Shown: piece after piece, positions 1 through 8,580 of the stretch
How the letters are laid out: the number at the start of each line of letters is the position of its first letter
How positions within the stretch are numbered: position 1 is the first letter of the stretch
Source of the DNA: Acidobacteriota bacterium
Lineage (GTDB): Bacteria; Acidobacteriota; Thermoanaerobaculia; UBA5066; Gp7-AA6
DNA length: 57,890 bases
Direction: 5' to 3'
NCBI GenBank assembly: GCA_046735265.1
Contig: JBKPSZ010000194.1
Span: forward strand, 1 to 57,890
Made by a program: the position numbers and the translations under genes
The notes under the pieces: model-generated
The model's database searches: none
Told to the model about the DNA's origin: nothing
What the model saw: only the letters and a program-made list of their open reading frames with translations

Positions 1-236
1 TTCGCTTCGATGTCGGCCTCTCCGAACGCGCCGCTCCACAGCACCTCCTGGTCGCGCACGATCTCCGCGCTCATGCCCGGCACCCGCTCGTAGGCACGTT
101 CGGCTTCGAGCCACGTGCGCGCCAGACGCACGGCCTCGGCGACTCGAGGATCGCCGGCGAGCGACTGGGCCCGCGCGACCGAGGAAAGGCAGACCGCGGC
201 GAGCGCTATCCCGACGGCGCGGGGAACGATCTTCAA
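1..236 (-). CDS. serine hydrolase / beta-lactamase-family protein, N-terminal fragment (gene runs off the left edge)
   Basis: Not in the ORF track (edge-truncated, TTG start at 236). Reverse-strand translation is LKIVPRAVGIALAAVCLSSVARAQSLAGDPRVAEAVRLARTWLEAERAYERVPGMSAEIVRDQEVLWSGAFGEADIEA. This reads as a signal peptide followed by an N-terminus typical of class-C beta-lactamase-like hydrolases. GGGAGG lies 7 nt upstream of the TTG. Confidence 0.4.
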   Translation of the reverse strand, partial: MKIVPRAVGIALAAVCLSSVARAQSLAGDPRVAEAVRLARTWLEAERAYERVPGMSAEIVRDQEVLWSGAFGEADIEA

Positions 237-306
237 GACGCACCTCCCGGCACACGGCCGACGCGAAACCCATTCGATTCGACGGCGGAAATCGTGAACG
301 AAGAGT

Positions 307-2817
307 CTAGTCCGGCCCGCCCGAGGCGGCCCCGCGGGGGACCTCGGGTGGCGAAGCGGTCGTCGAGTCCTCGGCGAAGAACCGCTCGACCGCGTTGGCG
401 AGGATCGAGAACGTGATCGGTTTGACGAGGTGCTCGACGAATCCCGCGTCGCGGCTGCGGCGGAGATCCTCGTCCATGCCGTAGCCGGACACCGCGATTC
501 CCCGTAGCCCGTGCTCCTCGCGAAGGCGCCGCATCAGGGCGAGACCGCTCCCGTCGGGAAGGCTCAAATCCGAGACCACGAGATCGAACGGCTGCCGCTT
601 CGCCTCTTCGAACGCGTCCTGAATCGACCCGGTCGGAACGACCTCGCACGAGAGCTCCGCCAGGAGCAGCGCCGTGGCCTCCAGCGTGTCGCGGTGATCT
701 TCCACGAGCAGCACGCGGCGTCCGCGAGCGCCGGCGACGCCGCGCGCCGCTCCGAGATCCGGTCGCCGCACGGATTCCGGCGGAGTCAGGCGGAGGTCCG
801 CGCTGGCCGGGGAGGGCAGCTCCACTCGAAAAGTCGCTCCCCGGCCGAGGCCATCGCTCTCGGCCGTCAGAGTTCCGCCGTGCGCCGCGACGAGCGCGCT
901 CGAGATCGCCAGGCCGAGTCCCAGCCCGCCCGACCCATGACCGACCTGCTCGAACGGCCGGAAGATGCGCGCGAGCTCGCTCGGATCGATTCCGACGCCG
1001 GTATCCGAGACTTCGATCGCGACCCGACCGGAATCGAGCCGGCGGGTCCGGAGGTCGACGCGGCCTCCGGCCGGCGTGAACTTGATCGCGTTCTTGACGA
1101 TGTTCCAGAGAACCTGGCGGAGCCTCGCCGGATCCGCGCGGACCGCGGCCTCCGGATCGGTCGGGGCCGCTTCGAGGACGACGTTCTTCTCGGCCGCCTC
1201 CTCCCGGAACATCTCGAGGACGTGCCCGAGCGCCTCGGCGAGGGACAGCGGCTCGGGAGCGAGCTGCACCTTTCCGGTCGCCACGCGCGTCAAGTCGAGG
1301 AGGTCGTCGATCAAACGGGCCTCGAGCTCCGCGTTGCGCCGGACGATCTCGAGGCGGCGACGCGCTTCGGCGGGGAGGGCGGTGTCGTGCTCGAGCGCGG
1401 AGCTCAGCGCGAGCACCGGCGTCAACGGTGTCCTCAGCTCGTGAGAGAGCGTCGCCAGGAATTGATCCTTGGCGCGGTTCGCGGCTTCGGCCTCCTCCTT
1501 GGCCCGGCGGAGCTCGGATTCCGCGGCCTTCAGGTCCTGGATGTCCGCCGCCGCTCCGAACCAGGAGGTCACGCTACCCCGGTCGTCCCGGACCGGGACG
1601 ACACGCGCGAGCATCCACCGGTAGGCGCCGGCGAGGGTCCGCATCCGATATTCGATGCGGTAGGGAGTCCCGGCCGCGAGCGCGCGATTGCGGATCTCCA
1701 TCGCCAGCGCCCGGTCGCCGGGATGGATTCGCTCCTCCCAGCGGCTGATGCCGCTCTCGTCCTCCGCCTTTCCGAATCGCTCCTCGTACTGCGGGTTGAC
1801 GTACACGGTGCGCCCGTCGGCGTCGTTGATCCAGAGAAACTGCTCGATCGCCTCGGCGAGCGACCGGTATCGTTCCTCGCTCTGCCGGATCCGGGCCACG
1901 GCGTGGCGGCGCTTCTCTTCGGCTCGACGACGCTCGGCTGTCATGACTCCGAGCAGCAGGAACGTGGCCGCGTTCAACGCCATGAAAGCCTGCGCCGCGA
2001 AGAGGCCCTCTTCGATCCTGCCGTGTCCGAAGGGACCGCGGAAATGGGTCGTCGCCCAGACTCCGATCCCGGCGACGAGCAGGGCCGCGCGCGCCGCGCC
2101 TGCGTGCTCGAAGCGCAGGGCCGCCCAGACGAGGAGGGGCGAGAGGAGCGCCGCCATCCCTCCCTGCCCCTGCATCCGCTCGAAGACGAAGAGACTCGCG
2201 AGGACGATCAGGATTCCGAGACAAGCCGCCTCGATGCGGCGGGCGCGCCAGATCCGGCGCCACTCCTCGGAATTCCAGGTCAGGAGGACCGGCGCCACGA
2301 TGAGGCACCCGGTCAGATCCCCGAGCCACCACGTCCACCACGTCGCCCAGAAAGAAGCGGGCTGAACCAGGCCGGCGGCGAGCAGCGTGGCGACGCCGAT
2401 CGTCGCGGAAATCATCGAGCTGCCGACGGCCGCGATTAGGAGGAGGCCGATCAAATCGGGCAGCCGATCGAGCGTCTTTCGAAAACCGGGGATCCTCGTG
2501 AGGCCGTACGCGCCTGCGAGCGCTTCGAGGGTGTTCCCGACGGCGATGCCGAGCGCGACCGCGATCGGAGCGCCGTTGATCAGGTTCGCCGCGAAGGCGC
2601 CGACGGCGATGCTCGGCCAGAACCGGAAACCCATCCGAAGAAGGGCGGCGAGCGAGATCCCCGTGGGAGCCCAGACGAGGCTCGCGAACGCGCTGACCGC
2701 GTGCACGCGCAGCCCGAACACGGCCGTGACCACGTACACGGCCGCGAGAACGGCCGCTTTCGGCAGATAGGCCGGGCGGCGCGAATTCGGCACGCGTCCT
2801 CCGTGATCGTCCGCCAT
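307..2817 (-). CDS. hybrid sensor histidine kinase / response regulator (polytopic MASE1-like membrane sensor, PAS, HisKA, HATPase_c, C-terminal receiver)
   Basis: From ORF 307..3018. H-box LATLSHELRTPLTPV; ATPase boxes VSDTGVGI and GGLGLGLAI; receiver VLLVEDHRDT...DLVVSDLSLPDGSG...LVKP. The N-terminal ~300 aa are multi-pass membrane. Start trimmed to ATG 2817 (M68) because longer forms run into the divergent gene at 2891. The start is uncertain. Confidence 0.85.
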   Translation of the reverse strand: MADDHGGRVPNSRRPAYLPKAAVLAAVYVVTAVFGLRVHAVSAFASLVWAPTGISLAALLRMGFRFWPSIAVGAFAANLINGAPIAVALGIAVGNTLEALAGAYGLTRIPGFRKTLDRLPDLIGLLLIAAVGSSMISATIGVATLLAAGLVQPASFWATWWTWWLGDLTGCLIVAPVLLTWNSEEWRRIWRARRIEAACLGILIVLASLFVFERMQGQGGMAALLSPLLVWAALRFEHAGAARAALLVAGIGVWATTHFRGPFGHGRIEEGLFAAQAFMALNAATFLLLGVMTAERRRAEEKRRHAVARIRQSEERYRSLAEAIEQFLWINDADGRTVYVNPQYEERFGKAEDESGISRWEERIHPGDRALAMEIRNRALAAGTPYRIEYRMRTLAGAYRWMLARVVPVRDDRGSVTSWFGAAADIQDLKAAESELRRAKEEAEAANRAKDQFLATLSHELRTPLTPVLALSSALEHDTALPAEARRRLEIVRRNAELEARLIDDLLDLTRVATGKVQLAPEPLSLAEALGHVLEMFREEAAEKNVVLEAAPTDPEAAVRADPARLRQVLWNIVKNAIKFTPAGGRVDLRTRRLDSGRVAIEVSDTGVGIDPSELARIFRPFEQVGHGSGGLGLGLAISSALVAAHGGTLTAESDGLGRGATFRVELPSPASADLRLTPPESVRRPDLGAARGVAGARGRRVLLVEDHRDTLEATALLLAELSCEVVPTGSIQDAFEEAKRQPFDLVVSDLSLPDGSGLALMRRLREEHGLRGIAVSGYGMDEDLRRSRDAGFVEHLVKPITFSILANAVERFFAEDSTTASPPEVPRGAASGGPD

Positions 2818-2890
2818 GCGGGGACTCACGATTCTAAAACGTTCCGCCGCGTCGCCGCCGAGCGCCGAGCTACAGTAGGCTTGCCCGCCC

Positions 2891-4405
2891 ATGCCCGAAG
2901 CCCTTTCCCCGAGATTCGACCCGAAGCGGCGGAGGGACGTGACGGCCGCGCTCATGCTCGTGACGGCGCTCGCCTCCTTCGAGTCGACGGTCGTCTCGAC
3001 GGCGATGCCGACGATCATCGGAGATCTCGGAGGCCTGCCCCTCTACGCCTGGGTCTTCTCCGTATATCTCCTCGCCGCGACGGTCGCGATGCCGATCTAC
3101 GGGCGGCTCGCGGACATCTACGGGCGGCGAAGACTCCTGCTCATCGCGATCGGCGTGTTCCTCTCGGGTGCGGTCGCTTGCGCCTTTGCGCGCTCCATGC
3201 CGCAGTTGATCGCGGCGCGCGCGATTCAGGGGCTGGGCGCCGCGGGGCTGATGCCGGTGGCTCTGACGGTCGTGGCGGACATCTATTCGCTCGAGGAGCG
3301 GACCCGGATCCAGGGCCTATTCTCCGGCATCTGGGGCTTCGCGAGCCTGGCGGGACCTCTCCTCGGAGCGTTCCTGACGCTTCAGTTGGGATGGCGGAGC
3401 ATCTTTTCGATCAACATCCCGCTCGGGATCGTGGCGTTCTTCCTCGTCGCGACGCGTTTGATCGAGTCGCGGGCGAGCCTTCCGGATCCTCTCGACGTCG
3501 CGGGAGGCGTGATGCTCACGGTCGGCTTCACCGCGATTCTCCTCGCGGTCCTGAGCGCCCCGGGCTCGGGGGGCGTCGTGCCGGCGGTGCGGCTCCCGCT
3601 CCTCGTCGCGGGGGTCTTCTCGATCGCGGCGTTCGCGCGTCTCCAGACGAAGAGGACGCATCCCCTGGTTCCCCCGGAACTCTTCCGGAACTGGTCGATC
3701 GCCGCGCCCTATTTAGCCGGGATCGTCGTCGGAACGACGATCTTCGGCGTCGATACGTTCGTGCCTCTCTTCGTCCAGGGCGCGCGCGGAGGGACGGCCG
3801 GGGCCGCCGGCGCGGTCGTCACGCCGTTGATCTTCGGCTGGGCGATGTCCGCGGCCCTGGCGGCCCGGATCATTCTCCGATTGGGCTTTCGGCGGACGGC
3901 GCGACTCGGGGCGATCCTCGTGCTCGTCGGTCTCGGCAGCCTTCTCGTGGGCGCCCTCGCCGACGCCGGAGTCGGCTGGATCAGCGCGGCGTGCGGTGTC
4001 GTGGGAATCGGGCTCGGCCCCTCCTCTCTTTCGCAGCTCCTCGCGGTGCAACACGTGGTGCCAGAGCGCCAGCGCGGCGTCGCGACGAGTCTCGTTCCGT
4101 TCTTTCGAACGGTCGGCGGATCGATCGGCGTGGGCACCCTCGGAGGCGTCTTCGCTGCCGGACTCGCCGCGCGCCTCGGCAGCAGTGTCGAGGCGGCGAG
4201 CCGGCTCCTCGCGGCCAGGCACGGCGCTCCCGTCGCGCTTCCCGTGTCGCCGGCGGTCTTCCGGCACGCGATCGAGAGCTCCCTCCTCCCGGTCTTTTCC
4301 GTGCTCCTCGGTCTCGCGGCGGTCAACCTGTTTCTGGCTTCGGGTTTCCCCGAGCCGGTGACCGCGGCCGAGGCCGCGCCGAAAGCGACAGAGGGTCTCG
4401 CCTAG
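2891..4405 (+). CDS. MFS transporter, DHA2 (EmrB/QacA-like, 14-TMS) family
   Basis: 504 aa and highly hydrophobic. The N-terminal pattern FESTVVSTAMPTIIGDLGG...GRLADIYGRRRLL is typical of DHA2 drug/H+ antiporters. Confidence 0.85.
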   Translation: MPEALSPRFDPKRRRDVTAALMLVTALASFESTVVSTAMPTIIGDLGGLPLYAWVFSVYLLAATVAMPIYGRLADIYGRRRLLLIAIGVFLSGAVACAFARSMPQLIAARAIQGLGAAGLMPVALTVVADIYSLEERTRIQGLFSGIWGFASLAGPLLGAFLTLQLGWRSIFSINIPLGIVAFFLVATRLIESRASLPDPLDVAGGVMLTVGFTAILLAVLSAPGSGGVVPAVRLPLLVAGVFSIAAFARLQTKRTHPLVPPELFRNWSIAAPYLAGIVVGTTIFGVDTFVPLFVQGARGGTAGAAGAVVTPLIFGWAMSAALAARIILRLGFRRTARLGAILVLVGLGSLLVGALADAGVGWISAACGVVGIGLGPSSLSQLLAVQHVVPERQRGVATSLVPFFRTVGGSIGVGTLGGVFAAGLAARLGSSVEAASRLLAARHGAPVALPVSPAVFRHAIESSLLPVFSVLLGLAAVNLFLASGFPEPVTAAEAAPKATEGLA

Positions 4406-5415
4406 ATCGGTTCGGGCGACTCCAGCGCTCCGGCCGCGAGCTTCAAGTCGGCGACGATCAGATCGTAGATTCGCTTCTGGCCCGCCTCGTCTTCCGCGCG
4501 CAGCACGGCGGAGGGATGGTAGGTCGCGAGCAGATTCGGCGCCCAGCGGCCCTGCAGAAAGCGGCCGCGGTCGCGCGTGATCCGGAAGTCGGGGCCGAGG
4601 AGCGCCTTCGACGCGGAGGCGCCGAGGCAGACGAGGACTCGCGGCCGGAGGATGGCGAGCTCGGCCTCGAGCCAGGGCCGGCAGGCGCCAATCTCCGCGG
4701 AGTTGGGCGTCTGATGGATCCGCCGCTTCGGCGTTCGCACGAACTTGAAATGCTTGACCGCGTTGGTGACGTAGACGGCCTCCCGCGGCAGCGCGGCGTC
4801 GCCGAGCGCGCGGTCGAGGACCTCGCCGGCGGGTCCGACGAACGGCGCCCCTTGAAGATCCTCCTGGTCCCCCGGCTGCTCTCCCACGAGCACGGCGCGG
4901 GCCGTCGCGGGGCCCTTCCCGAAGACGGTCTGCGTCGCATTTCGGTAGAGATCGCAGCCGCGGCATCCGGAGGCCGCCGCGGCGAGCTCGGCCAGATCGT
5001 CCGTCCGCGGGACGAAGAGCGACGCGCCCGCCGTCGCCGCCGACCCGGTCTCGCGGGCCTCGGAGGCGAGCCGGCGCAGACGTTCGACGTCCGGATCGCC
5101 CGCCGACTCGAGGAGGTCCTTCTCGCCGCGGGCGAGCCGATGGAGGACGCGATAGAGGGCGGCCCAGCGGTTCGGATCGGGATGCGCCGCAACCGCGGCC
5201 GCGAGCTCGAGAAAGGCGCGAGGCACACGAAGCGGAGCGGCCGTCGCGCCCGCCGGGGCATCGACCGGCGCCGGAGGATCGAAGAGACCGGGTTCCTTCG
5301 GCGCCGGTTTCGCCTCGCGCCAGAGGACTTCTTCGGGCTCGACTCCCTCCTCGATCAGACGGCGGGCGGCGTCCCGCCAGCTTTCGAGCGTCGGCGAGAT
5401 CACGACTTCGCGCAC
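4402..5415 (-). CDS. udgX: UdgX-type uracil-DNA glycosylase-superfamily (family 4-like) protein with ~125-aa N-terminal extension
   Basis: GTG start with GAGGG upstream. C-terminal ~210 aa carry CRGCDLY, GEQPGDQED, FVGPAG, YVTNAVKHFKF, the KRRIH loop, CRPWL and HPSAVLR. This order matches my recollection of M. smegmatis UdgX. Confidence 0.8.
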   Translation of the reverse strand: MREVVISPTLESWRDAARRLIEEGVEPEEVLWREAKPAPKEPGLFDPPAPVDAPAGATAAPLRVPRAFLELAAAVAAHPDPNRWAALYRVLHRLARGEKDLLESAGDPDVERLRRLASEARETGSAATAGASLFVPRTDDLAELAAAASGCRGCDLYRNATQTVFGKGPATARAVLVGEQPGDQEDLQGAPFVGPAGEVLDRALGDAALPREAVYVTNAVKHFKFVRTPKRRIHQTPNSAEIGACRPWLEAELAILRPRVLVCLGASASKALLGPDFRITRDRGRFLQGRWAPNLLATYHPSAVLRAEDEAGQKRIYDLIVADLKLAAGALESPEPI

Positions 5416-5462
5416 GCCCTCATGTTATCGAGCCGCCGAGGGCGCCCGGGGGCGATCGCCGG

Positions 5463-8009
5463 CTAGAACTCCTCGCCTTTGCTCTTCTGGGCGAGCTTCA
5501 GCGCCTCGTGGAAGCGGGGATCGCCGCGGAGCGGATCGAGGTCGTCGTCCGAGCGCAGGATCAGGCGATTCCCGAATCCGCGGCGGAGCGCGGCAAAGAG
5601 ATAGCCGAAGGCTTTGTCCTTCTGACCCATCTGCGCGTTGGCGCACGCGAGGTTGTAGAGGGTCGTCGGCTCGCGATAGCGGAGCTCGAGCGCCTTCTCG
5701 TAGGCCGCCGCCGAGCCCGCGGCGTCGCCGGCGGCGAGCCTCGCGAACCCGAGGTTGAACCAGGCGCGGCCGAACTCGGGATGCCGCGCGGCGACCGTCT
5801 CGTAGTTTCGCGCCGCCTTCTTCCAGTTCTCGCGCTCGCCGGTCGAGGCCTTCTTCCACCCGTGGCTCCAGTCCACGGGCTCGAGCTTCAAGGCCTCGGA
5901 GAGCTCCGCGAGATCCCGGAATCGCGGGTCCGACCGAACGGAGTCGAGGTCCGAGTCTTTCTCGAGCAGTCTCGAATCGTCGAATCCGGCTTCGAGCGCC
6001 TGCTTGAGATAGTCGAGCGCCCGGTCCTTCTCGCCCGAGAGCGCGTACGCGCACGCGGTGTTGTACAGCGACGCGTCGACGTGCACGCCCGCGCGCGCCG
6101 AGAGACGGAAGGCTTGCGCGGCGAGCTCGTAGGAGCCGACGTCGAGAAGCTCTTTGCCGAGCCCGTAGAGCTCGTCGGACCGTCGGGGGAAGCTTTCCGC
6201 GATCGCGCGGAGGCGCTCGGAGAGCCGGGCGACTTCGTCCTGCTTCTCGACGAGCGACGCGTGGCGCAGCCGCCGGCGCAGGTCCTGGAATCGCTCGTCT
6301 GCCCGCAGGCTCTCCAGGTCCTCGTCGCGGGACAGATACGAAAGGACGTCGAACCCTTCCGCCGCCGCTTTCTCGAGCCACTCGAAGGCCGCGTCCTTCC
6401 GGCCTTCCCGCGCAAACCCGCAGGCGGCGTTGTACGCCGAGACGTCTTTCTTGTAACCCGCGGCGTAGGCCCGGGCGAACGCCTCACTCGACTCCGCCCA
6501 GCGCTCCTCTTCGTACCGCTTCCACCCGAGACGGTAGGCCTCCTTCCCCTCTTTGGAGGAGTGATTTCCGGCGGGGACCAAGCCCGTCGGCGGGGGCGTC
6601 CACGCGAAAGCCGCCGGCGCCGGATGCTCCGGCGCCTCGGGAGCCTCCGAGGCGACCGGCGCGACTTCCTCGGCCGGCCGTTCGTCGTGGACCGCGAGGA
6701 TCGTGCGGTGCGCGGCCGGAATGGGAGCGGGTGGTCGCGGCTTCGATTCGAGGCTCCGCGGGCAGCGGTGGGCGCGCACCGCCGCAGCCGGCGCCGCCGG
6801 GCTCTCCGTTTCCATCCCGGCCGCTTCCGGAAGCGTCTGCGCCTGCGGAAACTCGGAGGGCAGCGCCGCCTCGGCGCACCGCGCGGACCAGGGCTGCAGC
6901 ACCGCGAGGCTCGCCGCTGCGGCGAGGAAGACCACGGCCGCTCCCTTCGCCTGCAGCGTCGTCACGCCGCGGCGGCCGAGGGCGGGATCGAGGATCGATC
7001 GAAGGCGCTCCTCGAAGTGGGACGGCCGAGCCATCCCCATCACCGGGAGTGGTTCGCCCGAACGAGGCACGAGCGAGCGGAAGATGCCGAGCAGGTGCCC
7101 CGCGTAGACGGACGGTTTCGTCCCCGCGGCGAGCACGCGGTCGTCGGCCGCCCGCTCCGCCTCGCGGCGGAGGCGCCGGGCGAGGATCCACGTGAGCGGG
7201 TGGAACCAGTAGACGGCGACGGCGACCTCGGCCAGAAGCAGTGCCGGCCAGTCGCGGCGGGCCACGTGGGCGAGCTCGTGCAGCAGGACGACGCGACGGC
7301 GCGGCGCGTCCCAGCGCTGCGCGCTCTCGGGCAGGAGGAGGACGGGACGGCGCAGACCGGAGGTGACCGCCACCGGAACGTGCGCGCTCCAGAAGAGCGC
7401 GACCGAGCGGCGGGTCGACGACGCCCTCCGGAGCGAATCCGCGAGATCGCGCCACTCGGCGTCGCGGACGGGCTCGGCCGAGAGGCGGAGCTTTCGCACC
7501 CGAAGCGCGCCGACGGCGAGCCGCGCGAGAAGCGCGAGCGCGACCGCAATCCAGAGGACGACGGCCCCGGCGATCGCGGCCATGGGGATCTCGAAGCGCG
7601 AACGCATCACGGGCGTGGCGGGAACGGGCGCGTCGAGATCCTCCGCGACGGGAGCGGGCTCCCCTTCCGGCGCGCCGAGGAGCTCTTCGGACGTCTCGCC
7701 CTCGAAGGCGCGACGTTCTTCGACAGCGGCGAACGGCTCCGGCGCGGGGTGCTCGGCCTCCGCCGCGACGCGGAGATCGGATCGGGGCGACGGAGTGGGA
7801 AGAAGCGGGAGTTCGAAGCGCGGAACGATCGGGGCGAGCAGCGGAAAAGCGAGCGCCGCGGCGAGGGCGAGCGTTCCGATCAGGTGCCGCTCGGAAGCCG
7901 GGCGCCGGCGAAGCGCCAGGAGGGCGACGCCCGCCGCCGCGAAGAGGAAGGTCGTCTTCAGGGCGAGGTCGAGGCCGAAGCGGAAGACCGAAGTCAGCGT
8001 CGCGTCCAT
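5463..8009 (-). CDS. BlaR1/MecR1-like M56 peptidase signal transducer with C-terminal TPR-like repeat domain
   Basis: 848 aa. N-terminal TM segments, zinc motif HELAHVARRDW, a Pro/Ala-rich linker, then a helical repeat region. That region holds three modules of the form YNxAC..A..G.KD.A...L..A...GF....L..D.DL..LR.D.RF. The ATG sits 1 nt after the stop of the upstream BlaI gene (TGAaATG). Confidence 0.85.
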   Translation of the reverse strand: MDATLTSVFRFGLDLALKTTFLFAAAGVALLALRRRPASERHLIGTLALAAALAFPLLAPIVPRFELPLLPTPSPRSDLRVAAEAEHPAPEPFAAVEERRAFEGETSEELLGAPEGEPAPVAEDLDAPVPATPVMRSRFEIPMAAIAGAVVLWIAVALALLARLAVGALRVRKLRLSAEPVRDAEWRDLADSLRRASSTRRSVALFWSAHVPVAVTSGLRRPVLLLPESAQRWDAPRRRVVLLHELAHVARRDWPALLLAEVAVAVYWFHPLTWILARRLRREAERAADDRVLAAGTKPSVYAGHLLGIFRSLVPRSGEPLPVMGMARPSHFEERLRSILDPALGRRGVTTLQAKGAAVVFLAAAASLAVLQPWSARCAEAALPSEFPQAQTLPEAAGMETESPAAPAAAVRAHRCPRSLESKPRPPAPIPAAHRTILAVHDERPAEEVAPVASEAPEAPEHPAPAAFAWTPPPTGLVPAGNHSSKEGKEAYRLGWKRYEEERWAESSEAFARAYAAGYKKDVSAYNAACGFAREGRKDAAFEWLEKAAAEGFDVLSYLSRDEDLESLRADERFQDLRRRLRHASLVEKQDEVARLSERLRAIAESFPRRSDELYGLGKELLDVGSYELAAQAFRLSARAGVHVDASLYNTACAYALSGEKDRALDYLKQALEAGFDDSRLLEKDSDLDSVRSDPRFRDLAELSEALKLEPVDWSHGWKKASTGERENWKKAARNYETVAARHPEFGRAWFNLGFARLAAGDAAGSAAAYEKALELRYREPTTLYNLACANAQMGQKDKAFGYLFAALRRGFGNRLILRSDDDLDPLRGDPRFHEALKLAQKSKGEEF

Positions 8010-8010
8010 T

Positions 8011-8403
8011 TCAGCGTCCCTCCTCCCGGGCCTGATCGATCAGTCGGGACAGTCGATCGAGCTCCTCTTCCGAAATCTCCGCCCGGCGCAGGTCGAGGAG
8101 CGCCGCGACGGTCTGTTCCGCGGAGCCGTCGAAGAACGTGCGCACGACGTTCTCGAGGGCGGGCCGTCCCGCTCGCGACCGCGACAGCGTCGGGCGGTAC
8201 ACGTAGCTCTTGCCCACTGCCTCGTGACGAGCGAAACCCTTCGTTTCCAGGATCTTGAGCATGGCCCGGACGGCCGAATAGCTCGGCGGGTCGGGCAGGC
8301 TCTCGAGGACCTGGCGCGGCGTGGCCTGCCCCTCCCGGTACAGGATCTCCATGATCTGCCTCTCCCGGCGGGAGAGATGGAGGAGCGCCCGATTCGAATT
8401 CAC
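8011..8403 (-). CDS. BlaI/MecI/CopY-family transcriptional repressor
   Basis: C-terminal 130 aa of ORF 8011..8712: LSRRERQIMEILYREGQATPRQVLESLPDPPSYSAVRAMLKILETKGFARHE, a winged helix typical of penicillinase-repressor family proteins. Start set to in-frame GTG 8403, which has GGGAGG 6 nt upstream. The upstream part of the ORF is AT-rich or low-complexity. Confidence 0.85.
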   Translation of the reverse strand: MNSNRALLHLSRRERQIMEILYREGQATPRQVLESLPDPPSYSAVRAMLKILETKGFARHEAVGKSYVYRPTLSRSRAGRPALENVVRTFFDGSAEQTVAALLDLRRAEISEEELDRLSRLIDQAREEGR

Positions 8404-8417
8404 GCCGCCCTCCCTAG

Positions 8418-8453
8418 GTGCTAAAAAAGTAGCACATGCTGAAATATTAGCAC
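8418..8453. promoter_or_regulatory. two tandem 18-bp palindromic operator-like units in an AT-rich island upstream of the BlaI-family gene
   Basis: GTGCTAAAAAAGTAGCAC (8418-8435) is directly followed by ATGCTGAAATATTAGCAC (8436-8453). Each is a TGCT(A/G)-N8-TAGCA dyad. The outer arms GGTGCTAA (8417-8424) and TTAGCACC (8447-8454) are also mutually complementary. The site lies 15 bp upstream of the GTG at 8403. Confidence 0.6.
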
Positions 8454-8580
8454 CAGCCCTTTTCCGATACGCAGCGGGCAGCTCGAGGTTTTGCCCGTTC
8501 GAGAGCTTTTTCGCGGCCGCGGGCCCGTAACCCGGTACCCGCCCCGGCGTCTCACAACGCGGAACAGGAGGGAGGCACCT

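Noticed and set aside
2701-5466. 921-aa plus-strand ORF spanning the MFS and UdgX loci
   Set aside because: Its Arg/Gly/Pro/Ala-rich, low-complexity translation is typical of out-of-frame or antisense reading of GC-rich DNA. The same DNA is fully explained by the motif-supported MFS (+) and UdgX-type (-) genes.
5508-8258. 916-aa plus-strand ORF antisense to the BlaR1-like gene, together with the nested ORFs 5425..6381, 5888..6487, 6484..7455 and 7363..8424
   Set aside because: These are shadow ORFs with no recognisable motifs and extreme Arg/Gly/Pro content. The opposite strand carries the HExxH and repeat motifs.
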